Of a stretch of DNA of 55,347 nt, positions 36,098-48,182 are shown piece after piece (the first letter of the stretch is position 1; every line of letters begins with the position of its first letter). Location of the stretch: assembly GCA_964394725.1 (NCBI GenBank), contig CAYMYS010000005.1:1-55347 (forward strand), in the 5' to 3' direction. The position numbers and the translations under genes are program-made. Under the pieces are notes generated by a model, which saw only the letters and a list, made by a program, of their open reading frames with translations, was not told the origin of the DNA and ran no database searches. The DNA comes from an uncultured Syntrophaceae bacterium. GTDB lineage: Bacteria > Desulfobacterota > Syntrophia > Syntrophales > UBA2210.

Positions 36098-38512
36098 TCA
36101 GGCATTTACATATATTTCTTTTGCTTCGGTAAATTCCCTTTTGGTGGAAGATTTTTCTTCTCTTTTTTCCACTTCCTCAATGAGTGCAATGTGCAACACC
36201 TCATCTACGCTCTCGACAAACACAACCTCTATCTCCTTCAACACCTTTGCAGGAATATCAGCCATATCTCTCTCGTTTTCCCTGGGGATAATGACTGTTT
36301 TGATGTTTCCCCTGTGTGCAGCCAACAGTTTTTCCTTCAATCCCCCTATGGGCAATACCCTTCCTCTCAGTGTAATTTCTCCGGTCATGGCAATATCACT
36401 CCTCACTTTCCTCTTGAGAAAGGATGAAGCGATTGTTGTAGCTATTGCAATTCCCGCCGAGGGACCATCCTTCGGAATTGCTCCCTCAGGGACATGGACA
36501 TGTATATCCGATTTTTTATGGAAGTTGTCATCAAGCCCCAGTTCGGCTGCTCTCGATCTTACATATGTCAAAGCAGCCTGGGCAGATTCCTGCATCACAT
36601 CTCCCAGTTTTCCAGTCAGTATGAGTTTACCCGATCCGCGGACCACGGAAGATTCTATGTACAGGAGTTCTCCTCCCACCTCTGTCCATGCCAGCCCGAT
36701 CGACAATCCAATCTTGTCCTTCCCTTCCGTCTCTCCAAATCGATACCGGGGTACACCGAGAAGCGTTTCTATAGATTTTGATGTGATCTTGATTTGCTTC
36801 TTCGCTCCGTTCGTAACAATTTTCCGCGCCACTTTTCTACAGACCGAGGCGATTTCCCTCTGAAGGCTCCTGACACCGGCCTCTCTCGTATAGCTTCTGA
36901 TTATTTTCAGCAGTGACCCCTCGCTGAAATTTATATTATCCTTCTTCAGGCCATTCGCTTCCATTTCCTTGGAAACGAGATACTTCTTTGCAATGTTCAG
37001 TTTCTCCGGTTCCGTATATCCGGCAATTCGTATGACTTCCGTTCTGTCCTGAAGGGCCGCCGGAATCGTCTGTAAAACATTGGCTGTCGTTATGAACATG
37101 ACATCCGACAGGTCATAATCCACTTCGAGATAATTGTCATTGAAGGCAAAATTCTGCTCGGAATCAAGCACCTCCAAGAGAGCCGAAGCCGGATCTCCCC
37201 GGAAATCAGAGCTGAGCTTATCAATTTCATCGAGGCAAAAGACAGGGTTGTTTGAGCCCGCCTTTTTCAACAACTGGACAATTTTACCCGGCATCGCTCC
37301 AATATAGGTCCTTCTGTGCCCCCTGATTTCGGCTTCATCCCTCAGGCCACCCAGCGATAACCTCACAAAATCCCTGTTCGTTGCCCTGGCAATGGATTTT
37401 GCAATCGATGTTTTTCCCACACCGGGAGGACCCACCAGACAAAGGATAGAACCTTTTTTCTTGTCTGCCAGTATCTGTACCGCCAGATATTCAAGGATTC
37501 TCTCTTTCACCTTTTTCAGACCGTAGTGATCTTCCTCTAAGACTGCCTCCGATTCACTCAGGCTGTTCGTCGTCTCCTTCTTCTCATCCCAGGGAAGAGC
37601 AAGGACCCAGTCTATGTAGTTCCTCACAACCGTCGATTCCGCCGACATAGGTGCCATCATCTTCAGCTTTTTGATCTCTTTTTCTATCTTTTTATGGGCC
37701 TCTTCGGAGAGATTCTTTTCCTCAACCTTCTTGGTAATTTCCTGTATCTCACTCTTTATGCTATCCTCTTCGCCCATCTCTTTCTGGATGGCTCTCATCT
37801 GCTCATTGAGGTAGTAATCCTTCTGCGTCTTTTCCATCTGCCTTTTGACGCGTTTTCTTATTCGTCCCTCGACCTCAAGAATCTCAATTTCGGCCTCAAT
37901 CAAGGCATAGATCTTCTCAAGTTTTTCGGCCACATTATCCATCTCAAGTATCTTCTGTTTCTCGTCCAACTTTATCTGTAAATGTGATACCGATAAATTG
38001 GCAAGTTTCGAAGGATCGGTGGAAGTGGAAATGGATACTATCATCTCTGAGGGAACCTTCTTGCTCAGCTCCGCATACTTGCCCAGAGACTCGATTACAT
38101 TTCTCATCAGGGCCTTGATTTTGATCTCATCTAACTCGTCAATATCATCTTCCTGTTCCTGAACCTCGACGATAAAGAAATCCGAATTGGGCACAAATTC
38201 CCCGATCCTGCCCCGCCTTTTTCCTTCGACGAGTACTTTTACCGTATCGTCGGGAAGTCTCAAGAGTTGGATTATCGTACCGATCGTCCCTATTCTGTAG
38301 ATATCATCCTCACCGGGATTATCATTTTCCGCTTCCTTCTGGGCGGCAAGAAAGATACTTTTTTCGTATTTCATGGCCGATTCCAAGGCGTTAATCGATT
38401 TTTCCCTCCCCACGAAAAGGGGTACGATCATGTGGGGAAAGACGACTACATCCCTGAGTGGCAGCAACGGCACCACTATTTTTTCTTCTGTTTCGTTATG
38501 TATACTAACCAT
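36098..38512 (-). CDS. lon: Lon protease
   Basis: [16 protein letters not shown] and PKDGPSAG motifs; 804 aa. Confidence 0.97.
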   Translation of the reverse strand: MVSIHNETEEKIVVPLLPLRDVVVFPHMIVPLFVGREKSINALESAMKYEKSIFLAAQKEAENDNPGEDDIYRIGTIGTIIQLLRLPDDTVKVLVEGKRRGRIGEFVPNSDFFIVEVQEQEDDIDELDEIKIKALMRNVIESLGKYAELSKKVPSEMIVSISTSTDPSKLANLSVSHLQIKLDEKQKILEMDNVAEKLEKIYALIEAEIEILEVEGRIRKRVKRQMEKTQKDYYLNEQMRAIQKEMGEEDSIKSEIQEITKKVEEKNLSEEAHKKIEKEIKKLKMMAPMSAESTVVRNYIDWVLALPWDEKKETTNSLSESEAVLEEDHYGLKKVKERILEYLAVQILADKKKGSILCLVGPPGVGKTSIAKSIARATNRDFVRLSLGGLRDEAEIRGHRRTYIGAMPGKIVQLLKKAGSNNPVFCLDEIDKLSSDFRGDPASALLEVLDSEQNFAFNDNYLEVDYDLSDVMFITTANVLQTIPAALQDRTEVIRIAGYTEPEKLNIAKKYLVSKEMEANGLKKDNINFSEGSLLKIIRSYTREAGVRSLQREIASVCRKVARKIVTNGAKKQIKITSKSIETLLGVPRYRFGETEGKDKIGLSIGLAWTEVGGELLYIESSVVRGSGKLILTGKLGDVMQESAQAALTYVRSRAAELGLDDNFHKKSDIHVHVPEGAIPKDGPSAGIAIATTIASSFLKRKVRSDIAMTGEITLRGRVLPIGGLKEKLLAAHRGNIKTVIIPRENERDMADIPAKVLKEIEVVFVESVDEVLHIALIEEVEKREEKSSTKREFTEAKEIYVNA

Positions 38513-38520
38513 ATGATTTT

Positions 38521-39810
38521 CTATCCTGTTTTTTCTTGCTCTTTCTCGTTTTCGATCTCACTCTTTGTTTCATAAACAAGCATTGGAATTTCTTTATTTA
38601 CTACCACATCCTCGTTTATTAAACATTCCTTAACCCCCTCTCTGGAGGGTATGTCGTACATAATATCAAGCATGATATTTTCCAGAATTGCCCGCAGACC
38701 CCGGGCACCGGATTTTCTTTCCGCCGAGAGTCGCGAGATTTCTCTCAGCGCCCCGTCTGTAAAGGTAAGCTTCACATCTTCAATCTTGAACATCTTTTTG
38801 TACTGCTGCACTATTGAATTCTTGGGTTCCACCAATATTCTGACAAGATCGTCTTCCGTCAAATCATAGAGTGTGGCTATTACGGGAAGGCGCCCTACAA
38901 ATTCGGGTATGAGACCGTATTTCAAGAGGTCTTCCGGTTGAATATCGGCAAGCGTTTCGCCGACGTTTCTTTCATTTTTGCTCTTGACTTCGGCTCCAAA
39001 TCCCATTGAGTTGACACCGATCCTCTTTTCAATGATGTCGCCTAGTCCATTAAAGGCACCGCCGCATATGAAGAGGATATTCGTCGTGTCCACCTGTATA
39101 AATTCCTGCTGCGGATGTTTCCTCCCTCCCTTAGGGGGAATATTTGCCAGTGTGCCCTCAATTATTTTCAGAAGGGCCTGTTGTACCCCTTCACCCGATA
39201 CGTCTCTGGTAATGGAGGGATTACCCTCTTTCCTCGAAATCTTGTCAATCTCATCAATGTATACAATGCCACGCGAGGCCTTTTGAACATCGTAATCGGA
39301 ATTCTGTAAAAGACTCAAGATAATATTTTCAACGTCTTCACCGACATAGCCCGCTTCCGTCAGCGTGGTGGCGTCTGCTATCGTGAAAGGAACGTTGAGC
39401 ATTCGTGCCAGTGTCCTGGCCAGAAGTGTCTTTCCCGACCCCGTTGGTCCTATGAGTAATATGTTGCTCTTTTGAAGTTCTACACCATCGCTACCGACAT
39501 CCGAAAAAATCCTTTTATAGTGATTATACACAGCGACAGACAATGTCTTTTTCGACCGTTCCTGTCCCACCACGTACTGATCAAGAAATTTCTTTATTTC
39601 CCTGGGCGATGGAATCTCATTAGAGAAACCGTCTATTTCTTGTAAATCTTCCTCTTCTTCTACGATGCACCGGCACAGCTCTATGCACTCATCACATATA
39701 TAAGCGGAAGGACCTGCCACCAGTTTCCGTACTTCACTTTGTGTCTTTCCGCAAAAGGAACACACAAGCATAGTATCTCCAGTCTCACCTGTCCTGTCTT
39801 TTTTACTCAT
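38521..39810 (-). CDS. clpX: ClpX ATPase
   Basis: CSFC..CDEC zinc finger, GPTGSGKT and [10 protein letters not shown] motifs. ATG 39810 is the preferred start. Confidence 0.97.
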   Translation of the reverse strand: MSKKDRTGETGDTMLVCSFCGKTQSEVRKLVAGPSAYICDECIELCRCIVEEEEDLQEIDGFSNEIPSPREIKKFLDQYVVGQERSKKTLSVAVYNHYKRIFSDVGSDGVELQKSNILLIGPTGSGKTLLARTLARMLNVPFTIADATTLTEAGYVGEDVENIILSLLQNSDYDVQKASRGIVYIDEIDKISRKEGNPSITRDVSGEGVQQALLKIIEGTLANIPPKGGRKHPQQEFIQVDTTNILFICGGAFNGLGDIIEKRIGVNSMGFGAEVKSKNERNVGETLADIQPEDLLKYGLIPEFVGRLPVIATLYDLTEDDLVRILVEPKNSIVQQYKKMFKIEDVKLTFTDGALREISRLSAERKSGARGLRAILENIMLDIMYDIPSREGVKECLINEDVVVNKEIPMLVYETKSEIENEKEQEKTG

Positions 39811-40417
39811 GATTATCTCCCGCTTTCTCAACCACTTCCCTTTTCCCGATTACTTCGTCTATAATTCCGTATTTCTTGGCTTGCTCGCTCGTCATGAAAT
39901 AATCTCTGTCCGTATCCTTTTCTATTTTCCGTATGGACTGGCCTGTATGTTTTGCCAGTATTGCATTCAGGTCCCGTTTTAACCGCAATATCTCCTTTGC
40001 CTGAATACCTATATCGGTAGCCTGGCCCTGGAATCCGCCCAGCGGTTGATGTATAAGGATGCGTGAGTTTGGAAGAGCTATTCTTCTACCCCTTTCACCC
40101 GCTCCCAGAAGGACGGCACCCATGCTTGCAGCCTGACCCATGCACACGGTACAAACGGGGGGTCTTATGTATTGCATTGTATCATAAATTGCCAATCCCG
40201 AACTCACCAGCCCTCCCGGTGAATTGAGGTAGAAAAATATTTCTTTATCGGGGTCATCAGATTCTAAATAGAGCATCTGGGCTACAATGAGATTGGAGAC
40301 CTCGTCATTAATAGCCGTGCCGAGAAAGATAATCCTGTCTCTCAGCAGCCGGGAATATATATCGAATGCACGTTCCCCACGGCCGTCCTGTTCAATTACC
40401 ATCGGAATTAGAGTCAC
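39803..40417 (-). CDS. clpP: ClpP protease subunit
   Basis: DIYSRLL, NSPGG, AASMG and HQP motifs; GTG start. Confidence 0.97.
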   Translation of the reverse strand: MTLIPMVIEQDGRGERAFDIYSRLLRDRIIFLGTAINDEVSNLIVAQMLYLESDDPDKEIFFYLNSPGGLVSSGLAIYDTMQYIRPPVCTVCMGQAASMGAVLLGAGERGRRIALPNSRILIHQPLGGFQGQATDIGIQAKEILRLKRDLNAILAKHTGQSIRKIEKDTDRDYFMTSEQAKKYGIIDEVIGKREVVEKAGDNHE

Positions 40418-41722
40418 CTACTTTGTCTCCTTTTGCTCCTTTTTCTTCTTTTCCATTTTAATTTCCGCATGTTCCACAAGATAGTCGAGCGTCTTTTGTG
40501 TCGCCATCTCGTCTCTCATACGCTCTTTCATGTCATTCTTTTGTGATGCTTCGATACGGGGTCCTATCTCTTTCAGTCTCTCTTCAAGTTCTTTCTCGTC
40601 ACAGGTGATCGTTTCCTTTTCGGCAATCTTATTCAGAAGAAGGGATGCCTTTACCGTTTTTTCCGCCTGATCCTTAAAATTATCGTGCATCTTTGAACTG
40701 ATTTTGATGGCCTCCTCCGGTTTCATCCCATTATCTACCATGTGATTCTGTGCGTTGATCATCATCATGTATATCTGTCTTTCCACATAGACCGAGGGAA
40801 CTTCAAAATCATTCTTTTCTATCAGTTTATCGACCAGTTGGCCTTCCACCTCTGATTTTACTTTTCTCTCTTCTTCATCTTCAATAGATTTTTTTACATC
40901 TTCCTTAAAATCTTTTATCGTGTCGTACTTCTCAAAGTTCTTGACGAAGTTTTTATCCACTTTGGGAAGTATTCTTTCTCGCAGGTCTTTTACCTTAACT
41001 GAGAAGATACATTCCTTGCCGGCGGCATTTTTCATTTGGAAGTTTTCGGGAATGGTAATCGTAATCTCTTTTTCATCTCCCTTTTTGACACCGATAAGTT
41101 GCTCTTCAAAATCCGCGAATAAGACCTTCGAACCAATTTGCAGTGTGTGGTCTTCTGCAGAAAGCCCCTTTTGAACCTCACCGCCGATAGTACCCGTGAA
41201 GTCTATGGTCACAAAATCATCTTCCTTCACGGCACGGTCTTCTTTTACCTCTTCCTGGGTGCTGTACATCTCTCGTATCTGGTCGATTCTATCATTCACA
41301 TTACGAGCAGTTACCTTTATTTCCCTTTTTTCTATTTCAAGACCGAGGTAATCTTCAGGATCGACTACCGGTTCTATTTCGACGGTTGCCGTAAATTGAT
41401 AATCCTTGTCCCGTTCTATGCCCTTTTGCTCAATTATCGGCTTGTCTACGGGCATGATATCATTTTCTCTTATGGCATCGGAATAATATTTCGTCACCAG
41501 GGTTGATACCGCTTCTTCCTCGGCCTGATCCTTGTAGTATACTTCCAGAACCTTCCTTGGGGTTTTCCCGGCCCTGAAACCTTTGATTTTGGCTTTTTTA
41601 CCTATTTTTTTATATGCCAGATCCAGCTCTTCAGCCACATTGGCCCACGGTATATCGAATGACAACGTTCTCTTTACAGGATTGCTCTCTTCTATTCTTA
41701 CAGGAGATGCTGTACCGCCCAC
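40418..41722 (-). CDS. tig: Trigger factor
   Basis: GFRAGK ribosome-binding motif and FKBP domain. Start is GTG 41722 after AAGGAG; the longer ORF overlaps tRNA-Leu. Confidence 0.92.
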   Translation of the reverse strand: MGGTASPVRIEESNPVKRTLSFDIPWANVAEELDLAYKKIGKKAKIKGFRAGKTPRKVLEVYYKDQAEEEAVSTLVTKYYSDAIRENDIMPVDKPIIEQKGIERDKDYQFTATVEIEPVVDPEDYLGLEIEKREIKVTARNVNDRIDQIREMYSTQEEVKEDRAVKEDDFVTIDFTGTIGGEVQKGLSAEDHTLQIGSKVLFADFEEQLIGVKKGDEKEITITIPENFQMKNAAGKECIFSVKVKDLRERILPKVDKNFVKNFEKYDTIKDFKEDVKKSIEDEEERKVKSEVEGQLVDKLIEKNDFEVPSVYVERQIYMMMINAQNHMVDNGMKPEEAIKISSKMHDNFKDQAEKTVKASLLLNKIAEKETITCDEKELEERLKEIGPRIEASQKNDMKERMRDEMATQKTLDYLVEHAEIKMEKKKKEQKETK

Positions 41723-41751
41723 GATGTTACTCCTTATCTTTATTTTTTGAG

Positions 41752-41838
41752 TGGTGCGAGAGAGGGGAGTCGAACCCCTATCCGCGCAAGCGGGCTGGAT
41801 CCTAAGTCCAGTGCGTCTTCCAGTTCCGCCACTCTCGC
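41752..41838 (-). tRNA. tRNA-Leu(TAG)
   Basis: GCGAGAG/CTCTCGC acceptor stem, CTGGA-CTTAGGA-TCCAG anticodon arm, long variable arm, CCA; 87 nt. Confidence 0.96.
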
Positions 41839-41855
41839 TAAACTTAGAACTTACC

Positions 41856-41886
41856 ATTATATAGTAACTACAACCGGAATTGTCAA
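41856..41886 (-). promoter_or_regulatory. Candidate sigma70 promoter for tRNA-Leu-tig-clpP-clpX-lon
   Basis: TTGACA followed after 17 nt by TATATAAT. Confidence 0.55.
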
Positions 41887-41949
41887 CAGTGAAACTTGCC
41901 GCTGAATGTGATTGTATTGGATGGTCTAATTTACAGGACTTTAGATAAC

Positions 41950-42026
<77 letters not shown>

Positions 42027-42046
42027 ACTCGACATTAATTGGAGGG

Positions 42047-42076
42047 ACACTATCACCTATTATGCTTCTCTGTCAA
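42047..42076 (-). promoter_or_regulatory. Candidate sigma70 promoter for tRNA-Pro
   Basis: TTGACA-N18-TAGTGT with a TG extension. Confidence 0.5.
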
Positions 42077-42091
42077 GAGTGGCGAACCCAT

Positions 42092-42700
42092 TTATTCATT
42101 CACTCCGACAAAAAAATGCCCTTTTATACGCTCATATCTCTTTGCTCCGATACCATTCATCATTTTCAGATCTTCTCTCTTTGAAAATCTTCCCTTCCTC
42201 TCTCTCAGTTTCATTATCCTCTCGGCCGTTTTCAATCCTATGCCCGGAACAAGTAATAAGTCCTCAAGCCCGACATTATTGATATCAATGGGCATATCAA
42301 GGGCAAGCCTTGTTCGGTCATCTATCCGTTCCATCTTCAGGTATTGATCACTTTTATAGATTACGATCCTGTCTCCCCCTACGAGGGTTCGATGAATCGA
42401 TTCGTCAACAATTCCAATCTTATCTGAAATGCCCGTCGCCCTGAATAAATCATCAATCGTTGCGCTTTGGGAAGGCAGAAAATAGATTCCCCTTCTATCC
42501 GTTTCCCCTGCTATCTCCACTATAGTTCCATCGTGGTTCCTGTCGTCATTATAGGGGAGTATACATTGTGAAGGAACATAAAAGGATCCCCAGGTCAGCT
42601 TCACCAGGCATATAAGTGCGACAACTGAGGCAATAAGACAGGCGCCGTGTATCTGCCCATCATCATAGGTTTCATTTTTCTTTATCCAGTTCAAAGGCAT
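42092..42700 (-). CDS. ComEA-like helix-hairpin-helix DNA-binding protein
   Basis: N-terminal TM, IDINN...EDL..VPGIG..TAERI and F...EDL..M.GIG motifs. The start is uncertain (42700 or 42721). Confidence 0.8.
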   Translation of the reverse strand: MPLNWIKKNETYDDGQIHGACLIASVVALICLVKLTWGSFYVPSQCILPYNDDRNHDGTIVEIAGETDRRGIYFLPSQSATIDDLFRATGISDKIGIVDESIHRTLVGGDRIVIYKSDQYLKMERIDDRTRLALDMPIDINNVGLEDLLLVPGIGLKTAERIMKLRERKGRFSKREDLKMMNGIGAKRYERIKGHFFVGVNE

Positions 42701-43895
42701 CGTGAAGTACCCGGACGGCAAGTTCCGTATATTTTCGTTTGATGGCGCAGGAGATCTTGATTTCAGATGTACTGATCATCATAATATTGATGCCCTCTCC
42801 CGCAAGTGCTGAAAACATCTTTGAAGCAACACCGGAATGGCTTTTCATTCCGAGGCCTATCACGGATACTTTGGATATCTTCTCATCGCAGTCTACCCTT
42901 CTTGCGTTTATGTCCTTTGCGACTGTATCGAGAATATTTTTTACCTCAGCAATGTCTTTCATTGAAACGGTGAAGGTCAAATCGGCATAACCCTCTATAC
43001 TCGCGTTTTGTATAATCATATCTACTATTATATTGCGCTCTGACAAGGGTGTAAAAATCTTTTCCGCCACACCCGGTTGATCCGGGACATGAATGACAGT
43101 AATCTTTGCCTGATCTTTATCACATGTTACGCCGGAAACGAGTTCTCTTTCCATATCACTATCCTCCTTGGTCACTAATGTCCCCCTTTCATCGTTGAAT
43201 GAAGACCTGACATGTATGGGAACATCATACAGTTTTGCCAATTCTACTGAACGAAGCTGCAATACCTTGGCTCCCGCGCTGGCCAATTCCAGCATTTCCT
43301 CATAGGTTATCTTCGTGAGTTTTCGCGCCCTTTCATAAATGTTTGGATCTGTCGTATACACACCATCAACATCGGTGAATATCTCACAACAATCGGCCTT
43401 CAGTGCCGCAGCCAGTGCAACTGCACTCGTATCAGACCCCCCCCGTCCCAGGGTTGTTATGTCGTCCTTATCATTGATACCCTGAAATCCGGCAACCACT
43501 ACGATCTTTCCCTCTTTCAATTCCTTCTTGATCAGGTCCGTTTCTACCTTCTGTATTCTTGCCTTCCCGTGTTCCCCATCGGTAAATATTTTGACCTGTG
43601 AACCAAGCAGCGATTTTGCAGGATATCCGATTTTTTTCAATATCATTGCAAGCAGTGATATGGTTACCTGTTCCCCCGTGGAGATGAGCGCATCATGCTC
43701 CCTTTCATCGGGATCATTATCTGTTGCCCTTTCTGCCAGCTCCATAAGTCTATCCGTTTCGCCTGCCATGGCGGACAGGACCACCACAACGTCATTCCCC
43801 TCGTCTTTGACCCGCGCAACCTTTCTGGCTACATTCCGAATCTTTTCCGTATCGCCAACAGAAGTCCCACCATATTTCTGAACGATTAATGCCAC
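42672..43895 (-). CDS. lysC: Aspartate kinase
   Basis: [19 protein letters not shown] and [10 protein letters not shown] motifs; two ACT domains. Confidence 0.96.
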   Translation of the reverse strand: MALIVQKYGGTSVGDTEKIRNVARKVARVKDEGNDVVVVLSAMAGETDRLMELAERATDNDPDEREHDALISTGEQVTISLLAMILKKIGYPAKSLLGSQVKIFTDGEHGKARIQKVETDLIKKELKEGKIVVVAGFQGINDKDDITTLGRGGSDTSAVALAAALKADCCEIFTDVDGVYTTDPNIYERARKLTKITYEEMLELASAGAKVLQLRSVELAKLYDVPIHVRSSFNDERGTLVTKEDSDMERELVSGVTCDKDQAKITVIHVPDQPGVAEKIFTPLSERNIIVDMIIQNASIEGYADLTFTVSMKDIAEVKNILDTVAKDINARRVDCDEKISKVSVIGLGMKSHSGVASKMFSALAGEGINIMMISTSEIKISCAIKRKYTELAVRVLHDAFELDKEK

Positions 43896-43965
43896 CTACT
43901 GAAGACCTCCTCATTTATTTGTGGTCCTTCTTCAATTTAGTTGGAGAAGAGGAACCAAGAATTCC

Positions 43966-44173
43966 AGGAGTCAAAGATTCAAGGGTATGTTTTCTAAAGA
44001 CTTTATAATCGCTTTTACAATTTTTTCGATTGCTGCTGTGTCTTTTTTGAGTGTAACCCCTTCACCCGTTTCAATTAAATCTAAATCCCCTGCTAATAAT
44101 ATCTGCTTTCCCAATTCGCAAACCGAAACATTCTCTGTAATTTTTAAGCTTTTCGCTTGAATCCTTGACCCCT
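43966..44173. repeat. 18-bp imperfect inverted repeats flanking the pseudogene
   Basis: AGGAGTCAAAGATTCAAG (43966-43983) versus CTTGAATCCTTGACCCCT (44156-44173); 16/18 complementary. Confidence 0.8.
43971..44151 (-). pseudogene. Remnant of a four-helix-bundle (23S rRNA intervening-sequence protein family) gene
   Basis: One frame reads (AAG)LKNYRE, like the family's M-LKNY.EL start with ATG changed. It joins in another frame to SVCELGKQILLAGDLDLIETGEGVTLKKTAAIEKIVKAIIKSLENIPLNL*, like the family C-terminus. The middle is missing. Confidence 0.65.
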
Positions 44174-44239
44174 CGTACCCACTGGGATCACGCCTGCATA
44201 ATTGGAAACAACCCCTTTATCTTGCCTAATTAACTACAA

Positions 44240-44713
44240 CTAATCGGCAGATGACCCTATTTTATTTATCATCTCACTTCCATTATTACCTGTACAGGAA
44301 ATCGTGATTTCTCTTTTTCCCTCATCAAGGTATTTTAGCCATATAAATATCGAATCGGAAGGAATAATATCATCTATCTTCTCCGCCCACTCAACTACAA
44401 TGACTCCTTCGCCGAAAAAATATTCCTCATATCCCATATCTCTAAGATCCGCCGAACCGGAGAGGCGGTATACATCGAGGTGATAGAGAGGGACTCTTCC
44501 GGGGTATTCGTTAATGAGTGTAAATGTGGGGCTCGTAATATAGTATTTTTCCGATACGCCCAAGCCCCTGGCGATTCCCTGTGTAATACATGTCTTCCCC
44601 GAACCGAGATCACCCATCAGAGCAACGATGCTGCCTTCTCTCAGATTTTTGCCGATGAAAGTCCCCAGGTTAATCGTGTCGTCAACGCTATGTGAAATCA
44701 GCTCTACCTTCAT
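44240..44713 (-). CDS. tsaE: tRNA threonylcarbamoyladenosine biosynthesis ATPase TsaE
   Basis: GDLGSGKT, ITSPTF, HLDVYRL and VEWA motifs. Confidence 0.95.
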   Translation of the reverse strand: MKVELISHSVDDTINLGTFIGKNLREGSIVALMGDLGSGKTCITQGIARGLGVSEKYYITSPTFTLINEYPGRVPLYHLDVYRLSGSADLRDMGYEEYFFGEGVIVVEWAEKIDDIIPSDSIFIWLKYLDEGKREITISCTGNNGSEMINKIGSSAD

Positions 44714-45090
44714 TATCTTTCGATTATTACAATCGCCGTGGCCAATCTGTCTGTGTGGGAAATACTTACGTGAGTATTCTTCACATCGCGGGACCTGACA
44801 TAATCCTTCGATTTACCCTGAATCTTCAACTCCGGCTTGCCTCTCTTATCATTTACTACCTCTATATCTTTCAGATTCACGCCACCAGCCATCCCTATGC
44901 CAAGGCATTTCAAAAAGGCCTCTTTTACGGCAAACCGTGCTGCATAATGCTGTGCCGGCGCAGCCTTACTTTCACAGTATTCTATTTCCCTGTCGGAATA
45001 GACCCTTTCGAGGAATTTAATTTTCCATTTATCACGTATCCCTTCAATCCTGGAAATATCGACGAGATCTATTCCGACAGCATCTATCAT
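44713..45090 (-). CDS. acpS: Holo-[acyl-carrier-protein] synthase
   Basis: GIDLV, ARFAVKEAFLK, GKP and VSISH motifs. Confidence 0.95.
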   Translation of the reverse strand: MIDAVGIDLVDISRIEGIRDKWKIKFLERVYSDREIEYCESKAAPAQHYAARFAVKEAFLKCLGIGMAGGVNLKDIEVVNDKRGKPELKIQGKSKDYVRSRDVKNTHVSISHTDRLATAIVIIER

Positions 45091-45102
45091 CTCAGGTTCC
45101 TT

Positions 45103-46296
45103 CTAATTCCTCATGATGGCATCGGTCATTCGTGATACCCCTTTTAAAAACCCCACATCGTGAACCCGTACTATATTGGCACCGTTCATGATAGCGGCCG
45201 TCACTGTCGCCGCCGTTCCATCGACACGATCAGCAGCCTCTTTGCCTGTTACCGCTCCAATGAAACTCTTGCGAGATGTTCCGACCAGAATGGGCCTGCC
45301 GAGTGACTTAAACTCCTTCAGTCGTTTGATAATAACATTGTTATCATCTGCACTCTTCCCAAAGCCGATACCTGGATCGATAATGATGTTTTCCCGATCT
45401 ATTCCGGCAGACTCTGCCGCATCGATCCGCTCACTTAAAAATCGCGTTATCTCTCCCATCACCGATCCATAGGAAAGATCTCCCCTCTGCATAGCTTTTG
45501 GAATACCCTTCATATGCATTAAAATAACAGGGACCCTGTAATGTGCCGCCACTTCGGCCATCCTCTGATCATGACGCATGGCACTTACATCGTTTATTAT
45601 CTCTGCGCCCGATTCTACGGCTGCACGGGCGACTTCGGCCTTCATCGTATCAATAGATATGGGAACATCTATTTGCCTCTTCAATTCCCTGATCAATGGT
45701 ATGACCCGTTCCAATTCCTCTTTCAGTGTTATGGGGTCTGCCTCCGGCCTCGAAGATTCACCCCCGATATCGATGATATCCGCACCTTCCTGGACCAGAT
45801 TCAGGGTATATTCGACGGCATCTTTCAGGCTTCCGAACATACCACCATCGGAAAATGAATCGGGAGTCATATTGACAATACCCATAATAAGCGTTCTGTC
45901 ACCAACAGGAATTTCACGCTTCGGCGTCTTCAGTGTGAAGGTGTCTCTGTTCAGATTTGCAATGATCTTTCTGATATTTTCTGCGACTTCGCTCAGATGA
46001 AAGGGCTGCAGGGATAACTTGTCAGCTAACTTTACAATCTGTTTAAGGCTGCCCATGATGATCGCATCAGTCTTCTCTGTGGTGCATCCCACTGTTCCCC
46101 GTGCAACCGCCACGTCACCGCCGATTGAAAGCATCTCCTGTTTCATGATATTCGCTAGTTTGCATTCAATCCCTTCAATATAAAGGTTGAGCGTCTCCAT
46201 CTTCGAAACCATCGCCTCAACTCCATATGGATCGACGCCAATCCGTTCCAGCTCTTTTCTTGCTTCTAAGGACGATGCTATCTGGAGATATCTCAC
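45103..46296 (-). CDS. folP: Dihydropteroate synthase with N-terminal extension
   Basis: [38 protein letters not shown] and VRVHDV motifs; ~115 extra N-terminal residues. Confidence 0.93.
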   Translation of the reverse strand: MRYLQIASSLEARKELERIGVDPYGVEAMVSKMETLNLYIEGIECKLANIMKQEMLSIGGDVAVARGTVGCTTEKTDAIIMGSLKQIVKLADKLSLQPFHLSEVAENIRKIIANLNRDTFTLKTPKREIPVGDRTLIMGIVNMTPDSFSDGGMFGSLKDAVEYTLNLVQEGADIIDIGGESSRPEADPITLKEELERVIPLIRELKRQIDVPISIDTMKAEVARAAVESGAEIINDVSAMRHDQRMAEVAAHYRVPVILMHMKGIPKAMQRGDLSYGSVMGEITRFLSERIDAAESAGIDRENIIIDPGIGFGKSADDNNVIIKRLKEFKSLGRPILVGTSRKSFIGAVTGKEAADRVDGTAATVTAAIMNGANIVRVHDVGFLKGVSRMTDAIMRN

Positions 46297-48128
46297 TTTG
46301 TACTTGCTTCCGTTTTACGTCTCGGACTTCTCCTTTTTTTCTTCGTAGAATTCACAATGGCATCCAGTTCGTCGGCATTCAACACTTCCTTTATTAAAAG
46401 CTCTTTCGATATCTTATGAAGGATTTCCAGGCTTTCTGAAAGAAGTGATTTTGCCCTCTCGTAGTTTTCAGTCACAATCTTGGAGACCTCTTGATCAATC
46501 TTCACTGCCGTCTCTTCGCTGTAATCCTTATGGGTGGCAATTTCCCTTCCGAGAAATATTTCTTCATCCTTTTTCCCGAATGTGAGTGGTCCCATCACTT
46601 CGCTCATTCCCCACTCACAAACCATTTTTCTTGCAAGTACGGTAGCCCTCTCTATATCGTTCCCCGCCCCTGTGGTAAAGTCATTCATAATAAGTTCTTC
46701 GGCCGCTCTGCCGCCCAGCAGTATGGCTATATTATTAATGAGATAGGACATGGGATAGGTATGTTTTTCATCCACCGGTAACTGCTGTGTCAATCCCAGT
46801 GCCCTGCCTCTTGGTATAATTGTCACTTTGTGTATGGGATCGGTCCCGGGAATCAACTTGGCAACCAGGGCGTGACCCGCCTCATGATATGCAGTGTTCT
46901 TCTTTTCTTCATCACTGATGACCATGCTTTTTCTCTCCGTGCCCATAAGGACCTTGTCTTTTGCAAATTCAAAATCGTCCATACTTACAAGGTCTTTATT
47001 GAAACGTGCCGCTTTCAGGGCTGCTTCATTTACCAGATTTTCTATATCGGCACCCGAAAATCCCGGTGTTCCCCTGCCCAGCACAGAAAGATCAACATCC
47101 TCATTGAGGGGCACTTTCTTTACGTGAACCTGAAAGATCTTTTCCCTCCCCCTAACATCGGGGAGCGGCACCACAACCTGCCTGTCAAACCTCCCCGGTC
47201 TCAATAGAGCCGGGTCCAATACATCAGGCCGGTTCGTAGCAGACATGATGATGACCCCTTCATTAGATTCAAATCCATCCATTTCCACGAGCATCTGGTT
47301 CAATGTCTGTTCTCTCTCATCATGACCACCGCCCAACCCTGCGCCTCTATGGCGTCCCACAGCGTCAAGCTCGTCTATGAAGATTATACAGGGCGCATGC
47401 TTTTTCCCCTGATTGAAAAGATCCCTCACACGTGAGGCACCGACTCCCACAAACATTTCGACAAAATCGGAACCACTGATACTCATAAAGGGGACTTCTG
47501 CCTCGCCTGCTATAGCACGTGCAAGGAGTGTTTTTCCCGTTCCCGGCGCTCCCACGAGAAGGACACCCTTGGGTATCCTTCCGCCAAGCCGTGTAAATTT
47601 CTTCGGATCCTTGAGAAATTCCACCACTTCTTCAAGCTCTGCCTTTGCCTCTTCAATGCCTGCCACATCATCGAAGGTGACATTTTTTGATTTGTCAGTC
47701 ATCAGTTTGGCCCTGCTTTTTCCGAAGGACATCGCCTTTCCGCCGCCTCCCTGCATCTGTCTCATAAAAAAGACCCAGACGCCGACCAAGAGGATTATGG
47801 GAAGCCATGAAATAAGAATAGTCATGTACCAGGGCGTGCCCTCATCCGGTTTCGCTGAAATTCGTACCTTTTTGTCTCTTAATGTGGAAACCAGATTGGC
47901 ATCTTTTGGCGCATAGGTCTTAAAACTCTTTCCGTCGACAAGTTTACCTTCCACGTTGTTGCCTTGAATAGTAACCTCTGATACTTGCCCCTTATCGATT
48001 AAGTCAACAAGATCACTGTATACAATCTCGTCCCACATCCTCTGTGGTTGATTGAACATATTAAAGAGAAGTACAAATACGAGACTGATCACAATCCATA
48101 GGGCTATATTTTTTTGCAATTGATTCAC
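46293..48128 (-). CDS. ftsH: ATP-dependent zinc metalloprotease FtsH
   Basis: Two TM helices, [15 protein letters not shown] and HEAGH motifs. Confidence 0.97.
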   Translation of the reverse strand: MNQLQKNIALWIVISLVFVLLFNMFNQPQRMWDEIVYSDLVDLIDKGQVSEVTIQGNNVEGKLVDGKSFKTYAPKDANLVSTLRDKKVRISAKPDEGTPWYMTILISWLPIILLVGVWVFFMRQMQGGGGKAMSFGKSRAKLMTDKSKNVTFDDVAGIEEAKAELEEVVEFLKDPKKFTRLGGRIPKGVLLVGAPGTGKTLLARAIAGEAEVPFMSISGSDFVEMFVGVGASRVRDLFNQGKKHAPCIIFIDELDAVGRHRGAGLGGGHDEREQTLNQMLVEMDGFESNEGVIIMSATNRPDVLDPALLRPGRFDRQVVVPLPDVRGREKIFQVHVKKVPLNEDVDLSVLGRGTPGFSGADIENLVNEAALKAARFNKDLVSMDDFEFAKDKVLMGTERKSMVISDEEKKNTAYHEAGHALVAKLIPGTDPIHKVTIIPRGRALGLTQQLPVDEKHTYPMSYLINNIAILLGGRAAEELIMNDFTTGAGNDIERATVLARKMVCEWGMSEVMGPLTFGKKDEEIFLGREIATHKDYSEETAVKIDQEVSKIVTENYERAKSLLSESLEILHKISKELLIKEVLNADELDAIVNSTKKKRRSPRRKTEASTK

Positions 48129-48182
48129 TTTTTCTTTCTCCCTGTCGAGAATTCACGGTAATTTAGATGACCTTGATTTGTA

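Noticed and set aside
41723-41857. 45-aa N-terminal extension of trigger factor in the ORF track
   Set aside because: It is tRNA-Leu read as codons; the RBS supports GTG 41722.
43921-44160. 79-aa ORF on +
   Set aside because: Antisense to the four-helix-bundle remnant; no independent support.
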